NCBI GenBank assembly: GCA_016933055.1
Contig: JAFGBS010000023.1
Location: 1 to 16,819 of the forward strand
Length of the DNA: 16,819 nucleotides
Origin: Promethearchaeota archaeon
GTDB taxonomy: Archaea; Asgardarchaeota; Lokiarchaeia; Sigyniarchaeales; Promethearchaeaceae
Direction: 5' to 3'
Every line of letters begins with the position of its first letter. Position 1 is the first letter of the stretch. A program made the translations under genes and the position numbers. Positions 16,728 through 16,819 of the stretch are shown piece by piece. Under the pieces are notes generated by a model. It was not told the origin of the DNA, did no database searches, and saw nothing but the letters and a program-made list of their open reading frames with translations.

Positions 16728-16819
16728 TTATGATTCCTCAGTGTATTTCTGAATTTTCGAGGTGCGATAAGTTGTAATCACGATTATTTCTCCATCTTCC
16801 TTTCGATAAATTACCCGAA
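16728..16819 (-). CDS. 3' end of a DUF4258-like (RelE/BrnT-fold) putative toxin; 5' end outside the window
   Basis: Minus strand reads RVIYRKEDGEIIVITTYRTSKIQKYTEES* (stop 16728-16730), matching the R-V-I/V-Y...I-V-I-T-x-Y ending typical of DUF4258 proteins. Only 29 residues are visible. Confidence 0.6.
   Translation of the reverse strand, partial: RVIYRKEDGEIIVITTYRTSKIQKYTEES

Noticed and set aside
16708-16752. MEPIKLDYDSSVYF on +, superficially like a DUF2283 antitoxin start
   Set aside because: Only 14 codons, on the strand opposite the toxin and overlapping it.
13611-16784. Shared TAATCACGAT at 13611 and 16775
   Set aside because: Only 10 bp, and the second copy is inside the DUF4258-like coding sequence; likely coincidental.
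1-16819. CRISPR array, tRNA/rRNA, transposase, selenocysteine or pyrrolysine recoding
   Set aside because: No regularly spaced nucleotide repeats, cloverleaf or DDE/tyrosine recombinase motifs were seen. The in-frame stops are mostly TAA, and the one TGA has no supporting context.

Overview
AT-rich prokaryotic window, most likely from an Asgard archaeon of the Lokiarchaeia type. This is inferred from an IPGF+TM+basic C-terminal sorting-like tail and the style of the surface proteins; there is no marker gene. It contains an abutting UvrD/PcrA helicase and DEDDy exonuclease pair and three large surface or secreted proteins: a beta-helix protein, a 1663-aa tandem double family-5 solute-binding protein with four Ig-like repeats, and a BspA/DUF285 repeat protein. 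Several broken genes are also present: a truncated alpha/beta hydrolase, a Upf1/DNA2-like helicase fragment joined head-to-head with an HRDC ORF, a TPR-like remnant and two interrupted small ORFs. The 3' end of a DUF4258-like toxin gene lies at the right edge. The most notable item missing from the ORF track is a tandem pair of homologous 22-aa micro-ORFs (11777-11845 and 11986-12054). Each has a Shine-Dalgarno site and downstream hairpins, and they share 11/22 residues with some synonymous codon differences. All family assignments come from motif recognition by eye; no database searches were run.
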